Source: Planctomycetaceae bacterium (GTDB lineage Bacteria; Planctomycetota; UBA1135; GCA-002686595). From it: a stretch of DNA of 64,000 nt. The stretch spans positions 112,700 to 176,699 of the forward strand of contig WGMC01000028.1 of NCBI GenBank assembly GCA_016125265.1, written 5' to 3'. Positions 1-8,733 of this stretch are shown here, piece after piece. The notes under the pieces are model-generated. The model was not told the origin of the DNA, ran no database searches, and saw only the letters and a program-made list of their open reading frames with translations. Every line of letters begins with the position of its first letter. Position 1 is the first letter of the stretch. Made by a program: the position numbers and the translations under genes.

Positions 1-11
1 CCACGGCAGTT

Positions 12-515
12 TTGAACAACGACGCGATGGTTCGGGCACGGCAAGTCGCGCTGCAGGAGGAGATTGCGGAACAGATCGAGTACCACCGGGGCAATGCAAA
101 GAGTCTCGCCTTGCTCGACCACCGATTGGAGCGGACGGCGGAGATGGCTCTTTGGCTGACCATCATCGGTGGGCTTGTGTACTTGGCTCTTTGGTGTTGG
201 GACGAGTTCGCTGGTGGGCCGGGCGCGGCAAAGATGGGCAAACCCACGGCGACGTTCCTCGGCGGCGCCTTACCGATGGTTGGCGCAGCCATTTTCGGCA
301 TCCGCGCGACGGCCGACTTCCGCAGCGCTCGGTTGCAGTCGGAGCGCATGGTCACCGAGCTCAGCCGTCTCGAAACGCTGCTGAAGGCCCAGGAGGCCAA
401 GCCCGATCGCGACGAAGTTGGACGGCTCTTCGACCAACTGAGTCGCACCCTCTCCGACGACGTCCGGCTATGGAACATGGTCTACAGCGGCCGCGAGCTG
501 GTCCCGGGATTCTGA
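12..515 (+). CDS. Hypothetical two-transmembrane protein, possibly SLATT-like. The start is uncertain (TTG at 12 or ATG at 27) and may lie upstream of the window.
   Basis: ORF with an N-terminal helix, two hydrophobic helices (WLTIIGGLVYLALWCW and FLGGALPMVGAAIFGI) and a C-terminal amphipathic helix. There is no stop codon in the 11 nt upstream in frame. Confidence 0.5.
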   Translation: MNNDAMVRARQVALQEEIAEQIEYHRGNAKSLALLDHRLERTAEMALWLTIIGGLVYLALWCWDEFAGGPGAAKMGKPTATFLGGALPMVGAAIFGIRATADFRSARLQSERMVTELSRLETLLKAQEAKPDRDEVGRLFDQLSRTLSDDVRLWNMVYSGRELVPGF

Positions 516-623
516 CCGGTAGTTCCCAGACGCAAGTGGCAACGCGCGGCCCGGCGCCGCCCTTTCCGCGGGCCGCTATCGGAACGCGGGGCCCGTGGGA
601 TAGGCTGGGGGCGAGGTTGTCGT

Positions 624-1514
624 ATGGTTCGAATCGCCCTTCCGCTCGCGCTCTTGGTCGGCCTGGCTCTGGTCGTGCCTGGGCTTTCCTGTGACCGTCA
701 CCGTGGGAGTGGTCCGGCGCTTGCGGGTGCGGGGGGCGGTGGAGCCGTGGCCCAGACCCCAGAGCCGGCGACCGCGCACAAACCCGCGTCGAATGGCGCG
801 CCGGTTTGGGGCTACCGGGTCGTGAAGACGTACCCCCACGACCCGCGCGCGTTCACGCAGGGGTTGCTGTATGAGGGTGGGAAGCTCTACGAAAGCACCG
901 GTGGCCGCGGCTTCTCGACCGTGCGCGAAGTGGAGTTGGAGACGGGGCGTGTGCTGCGCCAGAAGGCGCTCAGTCCGAGTTACTTCGGCGAGGGCCTCGT
1001 GATGCGCGACGGGCAGCTCATCCAGCTCACGTGGCAGGAGGGCACCGCGTTTGTGTGGGACGTGCGCGACTTCGGTCTCCTGTTCCAGCACCGCTACAAG
1101 GGCGAGGGCTGGGGCCTCGCCGACGATGGCACACGCTTGATCCTGTCGGACGGCACGCGCACGCTGCGGTTCGTGCACCCCGATTCTTTCGTCGAGCTGG
1201 GGCGTGTGAACGTGCACGAGAACGGCCGTCCCGTCACCAACTTGAACGAACTCGAGTGGATCGACGGCGAGCTCTACGCCAACGTCTGGCTGTCGAACCG
1301 CATCGCGGTGATCGACGTCGCGACGGGGGAAGTGCGGCGCTGGATCGATCTGAAGGGTTTGATCGATCTGCGGCCGGAACCGCCGATCGGCGACGCGCAG
1401 AACGTGCTCAACGGCATCGCGTGGGACGCGGAGCAGAAACGCCTCTTCGTGACCGGCAAGAACTGGCCCAAACTCTTCCACATCGAGTTGGTGCCGCCCG
1501 CGGGCGGCGGCTGA
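624..1514 (+). CDS. Glutaminyl-peptide cyclotransferase (glutamine cyclotransferase, beta-propeller type). It is a lipoprotein.
   Basis: The translation matches the bacterial/plant glutamine cyclotransferase family along its whole length (YPHDxxAFTQGL..YESTG, WIDGELYANVW). The N-terminal signal carries a lipobox (PGLSC). Confidence 0.85.
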   Translation: MVRIALPLALLVGLALVVPGLSCDRHRGSGPALAGAGGGGAVAQTPEPATAHKPASNGAPVWGYRVVKTYPHDPRAFTQGLLYEGGKLYESTGGRGFSTVREVELETGRVLRQKALSPSYFGEGLVMRDGQLIQLTWQEGTAFVWDVRDFGLLFQHRYKGEGWGLADDGTRLILSDGTRTLRFVHPDSFVELGRVNVHENGRPVTNLNELEWIDGELYANVWLSNRIAVIDVATGEVRRWIDLKGLIDLRPEPPIGDAQNVLNGIAWDAEQKRLFVTGKNWPKLFHIELVPPAGGG

Positions 1515-1535
1515 ACCGCGGCCGTCGCGACGCGG

Positions 1536-2519
1536 TCACCGATCGAACCGCTCGGAGCGCGGCCTCGACTTCTCGACCGGTCCGATGTTGCGCTGCGATC
1601 CCACACGTTGGCGCTTGGGGCCGGCCTTGGTGCCCCCCGGACCGGTGTGTCGTTCGGGCACGACCACACTGTGACCCACCGGCAGGGGCCCCGGCCCACC
1701 GGCGCGGAGGGCGGCGGCGAGCTGGCCGGCGGCGCGGCGCGCGGCGCGGCTGGCCGCTTCGCGCGGCGCGGCCCGTTGGAAACGCCGCGCGGGCAACTCG
1801 GGGTGGCCGCCCGCGAGGAGCACACCGAGCGCTCCGCCGCCCAACGTGTCGTGGGCGGCAAGCCGTGTGCGCACCCGACCGCGGGTCTGCAGGATCAGCG
1901 CCGTGCGCGGACTCGGCGCGATCGTCGGGAAGCCGGCGCGCTCGATCGCGACACCCCAGGGCGCGAGCAGCTCTCCCAGTGTCGCTTCGAGGCGGCGGTC
2001 GAGTTCCGCTGACCCGCCGTCGCCGCCCGCGCTGTTCAGGTCGGCCCGTGTCGTCGCGGACAACACACGCGCCGCGGCCACCGCCAACCAGTCGCGCATC
2101 GCCGCGACCAAGTTGTCCACTTCGACGAGCGATTTGGTCACGTCCTCGATGCGCCAGACGAGGTTCGAGCTCACCAGCACCACCAGCCCGTCGCGGGTGG
2201 CGATGCGCTGGCCCTCGAGGTCCAATGTGCGCGAGCGAGTCGGCACGACCTTGGCGCGCTGCACGAACGGAATCAGCCAGTGGAAGCCCGGATCCAGGCG
2301 TTTGTCGGCGCGGCCGAGGGTGAATCGCTGCCCGGTGAAACCCGAGCGCACCGTCACACCCAGCGCGCGAAAGAAACCGTAGACGGCCGCGGCGACGACG
2401 TAGACGTTGGTGAAGATCTCGTCGACGAGCAGCGCCCAGAGCCAGCCGAGCAGCCCGAGCGCCCAGCCTGCGATCGTCCGCAGCGCCCGCAGCGGCCAGC
2501 TCAGGACATCGTCCAGCAT
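1536..2519 (-). CDS. SPFH/band-7 domain membrane protein (HflC/HflK-like).
   Basis: An N-terminal TM segment is followed by an SPFH domain (FTLGRADKRLDPGFHWLIPF...). Its ATG overlaps the stop of the upstream SPFH gene (TGATG). Confidence 0.75.
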   Translation of the reverse strand: MLDDVLSWPLRALRTIAGWALGLLGWLWALLVDEIFTNVYVVAAAVYGFFRALGVTVRSGFTGQRFTLGRADKRLDPGFHWLIPFVQRAKVVPTRSRTLDLEGQRIATRDGLVVLVSSNLVWRIEDVTKSLVEVDNLVAAMRDWLAVAAARVLSATTRADLNSAGGDGGSAELDRRLEATLGELLAPWGVAIERAGFPTIAPSPRTALILQTRGRVRTRLAAHDTLGGGALGVLLAGGHPELPARRFQRAAPREAASRAARRAAGQLAAALRAGGPGPLPVGHSVVVPERHTGPGGTKAGPKRQRVGSQRNIGPVEKSRPRSERFDR

Positions 2520-3238
2520 CAGTCCTGCGCGCCCGGATTGGTTTTGGGTGCGTCCCAGGGATCGGGTTCGGTTTCGAAGGGATCCGGCTCGCCCTCTTCC
2601 GTGGGCTCAGGCTCCGGCGCGGGGCGCGCGGCGCGGGGCAACACACCCTCCTGATCCACGGCTGTGGTGACCACGGCGCCGGTGACCAAGGCGACGGCGG
2701 CGGAAGAGGAGAGCCCGCGTCCGTGCAACTCCTCGAAGAGCGACAGGCGCTCCCGCGCGAGCAGGTCGAGCTGCGTGATCTCGAGCGTGGCCGGCGAAGG
2801 CGACAGGTTCGAGAAGCCCACCGCCAGGATGTTGAGGCCCCAGGCCTCCTCGACGGACGTCAGTTCCTCGCGGATCAACTCCTCCATGCGCTCGCGGTCG
2901 CCGATGGTCGTGCGCGTCTGCGAACCGACGATGCGCTGCACGGCGAGCACCACGCGATTGCGCAGCCCGGTCACCACGTCGTCGATCTCGATGATCGCCT
3001 TGCGCAGGTCCACGATCTGGTAGAGCACCTTGGTGTCCACCTCGTACACGAGATCGTCGGCGAGCCGGATCGTCTGCGGCTCGAGGTCCAGGGTCGTGTG
3101 ACGGGTGTCCTTGACCTGGAAGCGCTGGATGATGGGCCACTTGAAGTGCAGCCCCGGCCCCACGACGTAGCGGGCCCGGCCCAGGGTGAACTTGAGCGCG
3201 TGTTGGCCGTCGTAAACGACCACGAAGATGCCGAGCAT
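2519..3238 (-). CDS. SPFH/band-7 domain protein, the second member of the pair.
   Basis: An SPFH domain (FTLGRARYVVGPGLHFKWPIIQRF...) begins at the internal ATG at 3238 (MLGIFVVVYDGQ). The longer N-terminal ORF extension (up to 4555) looks like antisense junk. An acidic Pro/Glu-rich tail follows the domain. Confidence 0.7.
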   Translation of the reverse strand: MLGIFVVVYDGQHALKFTLGRARYVVGPGLHFKWPIIQRFQVKDTRHTTLDLEPQTIRLADDLVYEVDTKVLYQIVDLRKAIIEIDDVVTGLRNRVVLAVQRIVGSQTRTTIGDRERMEELIREELTSVEEAWGLNILAVGFSNLSPSPATLEITQLDLLARERLSLFEELHGRGLSSSAAVALVTGAVVTTAVDQEGVLPRAARPAPEPEPTEEGEPDPFETEPDPWDAPKTNPGAQD

Positions 3239-3271
3239 CGCCTGCAGGATTTCGAGCACAGTACGGCGAGC

Positions 3272-4615
3272 ATGCCCGCCCGCGCGGGCCCGATCCAGCC
3301 CCGAGCGGGCCACACGCACCTTTGCCAGCCGCCTTCCCGCGCTCGCACCCTTTCCCGAACGCGCCGATCGCGCCAGGATGGAGCCGTGCCGCCCACCGCC
3401 CCCCAAGACGACGATTCCGGCCCGCTGCCCCGCCTCTTCCGGGACCGCGAAGGCGAGCCCGCCGGCGAGGCCGCCACCCGCCGCCGACAGGCCGAGGCCG
3501 CGGGTTCCGCGCCGCTCGTGCACGTGGCGGGCGCGCCGGTGCCCCCCGCGGCGACACGCGGCAAGGTCGAGAACTGCATCGGATTTGCGCAGGTGCCGCT
3601 GGGGCTCGCGGGGCCGCTGATGGTCGACGGCGAGGCGGGGAGGTACGAGGTCTACGTGCCGCTCGCGACGACGGAGGGCGCCATGGTGGCGTCGTACTCG
3701 CGTGGCATGTCCGTGCTGCGCGAGGCGGGAGGCGTGCGCGCGCGCGTCGTTGCGGAGGGCCTGTCCCAGCACCCGGTGCTGGTGTACCGCGACGCATCGG
3801 GGGCCGAGGCCGCGGCGGCGCTCGTGCCAAAGCGGTTCGAGTCGTGGCGCGCGTTGGTCGCGACGACGACACGTCACGGCGCACTGGTTCGCGCGCGCGG
3901 CGAGGTGTTCGGGCGCCGGCTCGTGCTGCGCCTCGTATTCACGACCGGCGACGCGATCGGCATCAACATGGCGGCCCGGGCCGCGGAGTTGGTGAGCCAG
4001 GACCTGGCGGCGGCGACGTCGGCCCTCGAGCGCCACGTGCATGGCCAGGACGTCGAGAAGCGCGCCAATGCGCGCGCGCTGGTCGAGGGCCGCGGGCGCA
4101 GCGCCGTCGCCGATGCGATCGTGCCGCGGGAGCTGCTCGCGCGCCGACTGCGCACGACCCCGGAAGCGCTCGTCGGCATCGCGCGCACCTACGCCGCGGG
4201 CTACGCGCAGCTCGGCACGCAGAACTGGACGATCCAGGCCGCGAACGGGCTGGCGGCGCTCTTCCTCGCCTGTGGGCAAGACGTGGCCTACGTGGTGGAG
4301 AGCGCCACCGGCTACCTCGACCTCGACCTGACGGCCGAGGGCGATCTCTACGCCGGTGTGCACCTGCCGAGCCTGCTGCTCGGCACGGTGGGGGGTGGGA
4401 GCGGCCAGGGCACGGCGCTCGAGTGCCTCTCGATCCTGGGCTGTGTGGGCGACGGCAAGGCGCGCCGCTTCGCGGAAATCGCCGCCGCGACAGTGCTGGC
4501 CGGCGACCTCTCCCTCCTGGCCTCCTTCGCGGCCGGCGACTTCGTCGACGCCCACGAACGCCTGGGCCGCAACCGCCCCGAGGCGCCTCGAGGCCCCCGG
4601 CCGCAGGCGCCTTAG
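3272..4615 (+). CDS. Hydroxymethylglutaryl-CoA reductase (class I, NADPH type).
   Basis: Class I HMGR catalytic-domain motifs are present (VENCIGFAQVPLG, TTEGAMVASYSRG, DAIGINMA, GTVGGG). The start was chosen at the ATG at 3272; the upstream part of the ORF is composition-junk. Confidence 0.85.
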   Translation: MPARAGPIQPRAGHTHLCQPPSRARTLSRTRRSRQDGAVPPTAPQDDDSGPLPRLFRDREGEPAGEAATRRRQAEAAGSAPLVHVAGAPVPPAATRGKVENCIGFAQVPLGLAGPLMVDGEAGRYEVYVPLATTEGAMVASYSRGMSVLREAGGVRARVVAEGLSQHPVLVYRDASGAEAAAALVPKRFESWRALVATTTRHGALVRARGEVFGRRLVLRLVFTTGDAIGINMAARAAELVSQDLAAATSALERHVHGQDVEKRANARALVEGRGRSAVADAIVPRELLARRLRTTPEALVGIARTYAAGYAQLGTQNWTIQAANGLAALFLACGQDVAYVVESATGYLDLDLTAEGDLYAGVHLPSLLLGTVGGGSGQGTALECLSILGCVGDGKARRFAEIAAATVLAGDLSLLASFAAGDFVDAHERLGRNRPEAPRGPRPQAP

Positions 4616-5018
4616 GGCCGCCGCCGGGGCTGACGGGGGCCGGCGGAGGCGCGGCGACCCGTGTCGGGCTGGGGGCCGCCCCCGCCGGACCCGCGGGGCG
4701 ACGTCTGGGAGGCCACTTGGTCCCGATCTCCCGGCGCCCGCGCACCCCCTGGCGTTGACCGCGGAGCGCCGGGCGCTACCCTATTCGGCCTTCGCGCGGC
4801 GTTCCGGCCCCTCGCGGGGGGGGCGGGTGCCCCAGCGTTCGCTCCGTACCCGCCCGGGACAGCTCCCGTCGACCCCGGTCGGCGCGGCGCCGACCCCGTT
4901 GCATCCACAGTTTCCGGACTCCGCCAACCGCACCGCCGCCACGGTCGCTCCGCCCATGTGGGCCGACGCGACGGTGTGTGGGGTGTGACTCGACCCTCTC
5001 TCCCACCGCTCCCAAGCC

Positions 5019-7085
5019 ATGGCCTCCAAGCGACTGCTCCATCACCGCAACATCGGCATCATGGCCCACATCGATGCCGGCAAGACGACCGTCACCGAGC
5101 GGATCCTGTTCATCACGAACAAGATCCACCGCACGGGGGAGGTGCACGACGGCGCCGCCACGATGGACTACCTCGAGGAGGAGCAAAAGCGCGGCATCAC
5201 GATCCAGTCGGCGGCGACTTCCACCCAGTGGAAGGACACGACGATCAACATCATCGACACCCCCGGCCACGTGGACTTCACGGCCGAGGTGGAGCGCTCC
5301 CTGCGTGTGCTCGACGGCGCCGTGGCCGTGTTCGACGGCGTGCAGGGTGTCGAGGCCCAGTCGGAGACGGTGTGGCGCCAGGCCGACCGCTACAAGGTCC
5401 CGCGCATTTGTTTCATCAACAAGCTCGACCGCGTCGGCGCGGACTTCGACAAGGCCGTGCGCACGATCATCGACCGCCTGGGCGCCCGCCCGGTGACGCT
5501 GCAGATGCCCGTCGGTGCCGAGAAGGCGTTCCGCGGCCTGGTCGACCTCGTCGAGATGCGCTACTACGAGTTCGACGACGGCAGCTCCGGCAAGGTCTTC
5601 ACCGAGATGCCGATCCCCGAGGACCTCCTGGAAGAGGCCAAGATGCGCCGCCACGAGGTCTGCGAACACGCGGCCGAGTTCGACGAGAAGCTGCTCGACC
5701 TGTTCGTGGAAGACCAGCCCGTCGAGGCCGGCATGCTGAAGGCCGCCCTCCGCAAGGGCACCCTCGCCATGGAGATCACCCCGGTGATCTGCGGCGCGGC
5801 CCTGAAGGACAAGGGCGTCGCGTTCCTGCTGGACGCGGTCATCGACTACCTGCCGACCCCGGTGGACGTCGACGCCGTCGAGGGAACCGTGCCCGGCACG
5901 GAAGAGAAGATCACGCGCGGCACGAACGAGCAGGAACCCGTCTGTTTGATGGCCTTCAAGACCATCGCCGAGCAGACCGGCGACTTGACGTTCATCCGCG
6001 TGTACTCGGGTGTGCTCGAGAAGGGTGTGACCCTCTACAACCCGCGCACGACCAAGCGCGAGCGCATCGGCCGCATCCTGCGCATCCACGCCAACAAGCG
6101 CGAGCCCATCGACCGCCTCGAGTGCGGTGACATCGCCGCGGTGATCGGCCTCAAGAACACGATCACGGGCGACACGCTGTGCGACGAGGACAACCCCATC
6201 GCGCTCAGCAAGATCCAGTTCCCCGACAGCGTGATCTCGATGTCGATCGAGCCGAAGAACAACCAGGACCGGGACAAGCTCGGCGAGGTGATCGGCAAGA
6301 TGATGCGCGAGGACCCGACGTTCCGCGCGACGACGAACGAAGAGACCGGCGAACTGGTCATCAGCGGGATGGGCGAGCTGCACCTCGAGGTGCTCTGCAA
6401 CCGCATCCAGAACGACCACAAGTGCGAGGTCATCACCGGCAAGCCGAAGGTGGCCTACAAGCAGAAGCTCGGCCGCACGGTCGAGACCGAAGCGCGTTTC
6501 GTGAAGCAGTCGGGCGGCCGCGGCAAGTTCGCCGTCGTGACCGTGCGCTTCGAGCCGACCGAGGACCCGACCAAGGTCTTCGAGTTCGTCGACGGAACCC
6601 GCGGCGGCACGGTGCCGAAGGAATTCGTGCCCAGCGTGTCGCACGGTGTGGAGCAAGCCGTCTCCGGCGGCGGCCGCCACGGTTACCCCTACGTGGGAGT
6701 CAAGGCGGTGCTGCTCGACGGCAAGTACCACGAAGTCGACTCGGACCAGCTCTCCTTCGAGCAGGCCGGCATCCTGGCCTTCCGCCAAGTGGCGGAAACC
6801 AACTCGGTGCTTCTCGAGCCGATCATGAAGATCGAAGTGCGTGTGCCCGAGGAGTTCATCGGCTCGGTCGTCGGCGACTTGAACAGCCGCCGCGGCGAGA
6901 TCAGCGAAGTCGACGTGCAAGGCGACCTGCGCGTCGTCCGGGGCCTCGTCCCGATCGCCGAGATGTTCGCCTACTCGAGCTCCCTGCGCGGCTCGACCCA
7001 AGGCCGCGGCTCGTTCGCGATGGAACTCCACGAGTACCGCGACGTGCCCCGCAACCTGGCCGAAAAGATCCTGGCCCAGGGCTGA
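5019..7085 (+). CDS. fusA: Elongation factor G (a second-copy/EF-G2-like paralog).
   Basis: The translational GTPase G1 motif AHIDAGKTT and the DTPGHVDF motif are present, with full-length EF-G architecture (688 aa). It is not in an rpsL-rpsG-fusA-tuf context. Confidence 0.95.
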   Translation: MASKRLLHHRNIGIMAHIDAGKTTVTERILFITNKIHRTGEVHDGAATMDYLEEEQKRGITIQSAATSTQWKDTTINIIDTPGHVDFTAEVERSLRVLDGAVAVFDGVQGVEAQSETVWRQADRYKVPRICFINKLDRVGADFDKAVRTIIDRLGARPVTLQMPVGAEKAFRGLVDLVEMRYYEFDDGSSGKVFTEMPIPEDLLEEAKMRRHEVCEHAAEFDEKLLDLFVEDQPVEAGMLKAALRKGTLAMEITPVICGAALKDKGVAFLLDAVIDYLPTPVDVDAVEGTVPGTEEKITRGTNEQEPVCLMAFKTIAEQTGDLTFIRVYSGVLEKGVTLYNPRTTKRERIGRILRIHANKREPIDRLECGDIAAVIGLKNTITGDTLCDEDNPIALSKIQFPDSVISMSIEPKNNQDRDKLGEVIGKMMREDPTFRATTNEETGELVISGMGELHLEVLCNRIQNDHKCEVITGKPKVAYKQKLGRTVETEARFVKQSGGRGKFAVVTVRFEPTEDPTKVFEFVDGTRGGTVPKEFVPSVSHGVEQAVSGGGRHGYPYVGVKAVLLDGKYHEVDSDQLSFEQAGILAFRQVAETNSVLLEPIMKIEVRVPEEFIGSVVGDLNSRRGEISEVDVQGDLRVVRGLVPIAEMFAYSSSLRGSTQGRGSFAMELHEYRDVPRNLAEKILAQG

Positions 7086-7117
7086 TCCGGGAACCGGAGG
7101 CCCGATCCGGCACCCAC

Positions 7118-7159
7118 GCGCCCCCGCGCCGAACCCGATCGGGTCCGGCGCGGGGGCGC
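7118..7159. terminator. Perfect 14-bp GC-rich stem-loop downstream of fusA, a putative intrinsic terminator.
   Basis: gcgcccccgcgccg (7118-7131) is the exact reverse complement of cggcgcgggggcgc (7146-7159), with a 14-nt loop. There is no obvious T-tract. Confidence 0.5.
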
Positions 7160-7316
7160 TGCCTCGGGCGGGCCCACCCGCGTGCGCGCTCGCGCGTCCG
7201 TGGGCTGCGACAGACATCCGTGCGCGCCGCTCTCCCGTTCGTGTCGTGCCGCGCAGATCCCTTTGCCGTGCACGGATGGTCGAAGGGGGCCCCCTCGGTG
7301 CGTTACCATCGCGGCG

Positions 7317-8348
7317 ATGACACGCAGCGCTCGTCGACGTTGGTCGCGGGACCTCAATTCTGAGGTCGATGGCATTGCCTTTGGGGCCACGGGGCCCGTG
7401 GTGCTCCACGGGTACGACCCGCCCGCGGGTGGCAAGTGGTTCGACAGCGTGATCCCCGGCAAGGTCGGGGCGTTCGACCGCCAGAGCGGTGAGCCGCTCT
7501 GGACGTCGCCCTGCGAGGTCGGCTACGGGCGGGGTTTTGGCGCCGGTTTGGGCGAACAGGGTGAACTGGTCATCCTCGGCCCGAGCGGCAGCGGACACCG
7601 CATCGCGCGCATGTCGATGCTGACGGGCGAGGTGCTCGGTGTCGCTCCCACGGCGGAGTTCGATTCGGCCATCGTCGACCCGGACCTCTGCGTGTGTGTG
7701 TCGGCAAAACGTGTGACCGCGTTCCTGACCACGCCGATGGCCGAGTGCTGGTCCTTCCACCGGGAAGGGCAGCGCTACCACCTGGTGGCGCGCGTGGGCG
7801 ACCGCGTGTTCGTCGTTTTTTCCTACCAGGGCAAGAAGGGCCAGGGTGTGCTCGTGCTGGACGCGCACACGGGTCGCTACGGCGGCGAGCTGGTCGAGCC
7901 GAAGCAGCCGGTCGTGCACGCGATCGGCGCTGCCAACGGCCAACTGGCCCTGTTGGTGGAGGACATCGAGGCGATCCTGCCGGAGGATCTGGGGCGCCAG
8001 ATGGCCCTCGAACGCCTGCTGGCGGAGGATCCCGACAGCCCGGAGTCGCCGCCGGAAGAAGGCGGCGGCGGGCTGGTGGTGCTCGACCCCACGGCGGCGC
8101 CGGGCGGGGCCCCGCGCTGGTTCCAGCGCCTGGCCGCGGACGCGGTGGAGGGCTCGATGGTGCTCGACAGCGGCAAGCTCTACACGGCGAGCGGCGCGCT
8201 GCTTTCCGTGCGAGACGGGCTGACGGGGCGACTCCTGGGCGAGCTAGCCGTCCCGGGCCTCGACGAGAGTGTGGCCTGGGGCATCCGCCAGGGCGCGTTC
8301 CTGCTGGCCGAGGAAACCCGCGCGAGCGTGTTCGAGATCCCCGACTGA
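7317..8348 (+). CDS. PQQ-like beta-propeller repeat protein.
   Basis: It has repeated A-x-D-x-x-TG-x-x-LW-type motifs (AFDRQSGEPLWT, LVLDAHTGR, LSVRDGLTGRLL) and protein-like composition. The start was placed at the internal ATG (MTRSARRRW). Confidence 0.6.
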   Translation: MTRSARRRWSRDLNSEVDGIAFGATGPVVLHGYDPPAGGKWFDSVIPGKVGAFDRQSGEPLWTSPCEVGYGRGFGAGLGEQGELVILGPSGSGHRIARMSMLTGEVLGVAPTAEFDSAIVDPDLCVCVSAKRVTAFLTTPMAECWSFHREGQRYHLVARVGDRVFVVFSYQGKKGQGVLVLDAHTGRYGGELVEPKQPVVHAIGAANGQLALLVEDIEAILPEDLGRQMALERLLAEDPDSPESPPEEGGGGLVVLDPTAAPGGAPRWFQRLAADAVEGSMVLDSGKLYTASGALLSVRDGLTGRLLGELAVPGLDESVAWGIRQGAFLLAEETRASVFEIPD

Positions 8349-8600
8349 GAGGCTGGGAAAGAATCGGCACGGCCCGCGTCGCCGGCCTCTCAGGTGTTGT
8401 TTGGCCCATCGCCTGGCGGCGCTGGAGCGGCAGAGTGCGGGAAGCCATCGGCCGCAGCCGATTCTTTCCCACACTCTGAGAGGCTGGGAAAAAAGCGGCA
8501 CGGCCCAGGTCGATGGCCTCATCGGTGCCGTTTGGCCCAGCGCCTGGCGGCGCTGGAGCGGCGGCCCTCGGCGCGGCGGCCGCTCCCCGAGCGGGACGGT
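8346..8600. repeat. Tandem duplication (~130-bp unit, 2 copies) with internal and long-range dyad symmetry. It lies in the intergenic region upstream of tex.
   Basis: Unit 1 (8346-8475) and unit 2 (8476-~8600) both begin ctgagaggctgggaaa[g/a]aa[t/g]cggcacggccc... and share tggccc[a]tcgcctggcggcgctggagcgg. In unit 1, ctgagaggc pairs with gcctctcag, and gggaaagaatcggc pairs with gccgattctttccc about 90 nt downstream. Confidence 0.8.
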
Positions 8601-8733
8601 CTGGCGCCGGGCCCCCGAGCGGGTACCATCGCACGCCCACAACATCCTGCCTCCGTCGGCCGCCGCGCCGTCGGCGGCGTCCGCCGCTCCCTGCCCCAGG
8701 CCGGGAACCGCGGCAGCCTCTATAGGTCCCCCC

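Noticed and set aside
630-650. The tRNA T-loop-like string ggttcgaatcg.
   Set aside because: It lies inside the glutaminyl cyclase start (MVRIAL) and is in frame as coding sequence. No acceptor or anticodon stem context is present, and no other tRNA-like low-GC 75-nt islands were seen.
1031-2646. Long ORFs (1031-2323 +, 1408-2646 -, 1274-1861 -) overlapping the glutaminyl cyclase and SPFH genes.
   Set aside because: They are frame-shifted or antisense relative to genes with clear domain matches. Their translations are dominated by R/A/P/G.
4776-7943. 1055-aa ORF on the minus strand spanning fusA.
   Set aside because: It is antisense to an unmistakable EF-G gene. Its translation is Arg/Ala/Gly/His-rich low-complexity sequence with no motifs, which is a typical high-GC antisense shadow ORF.
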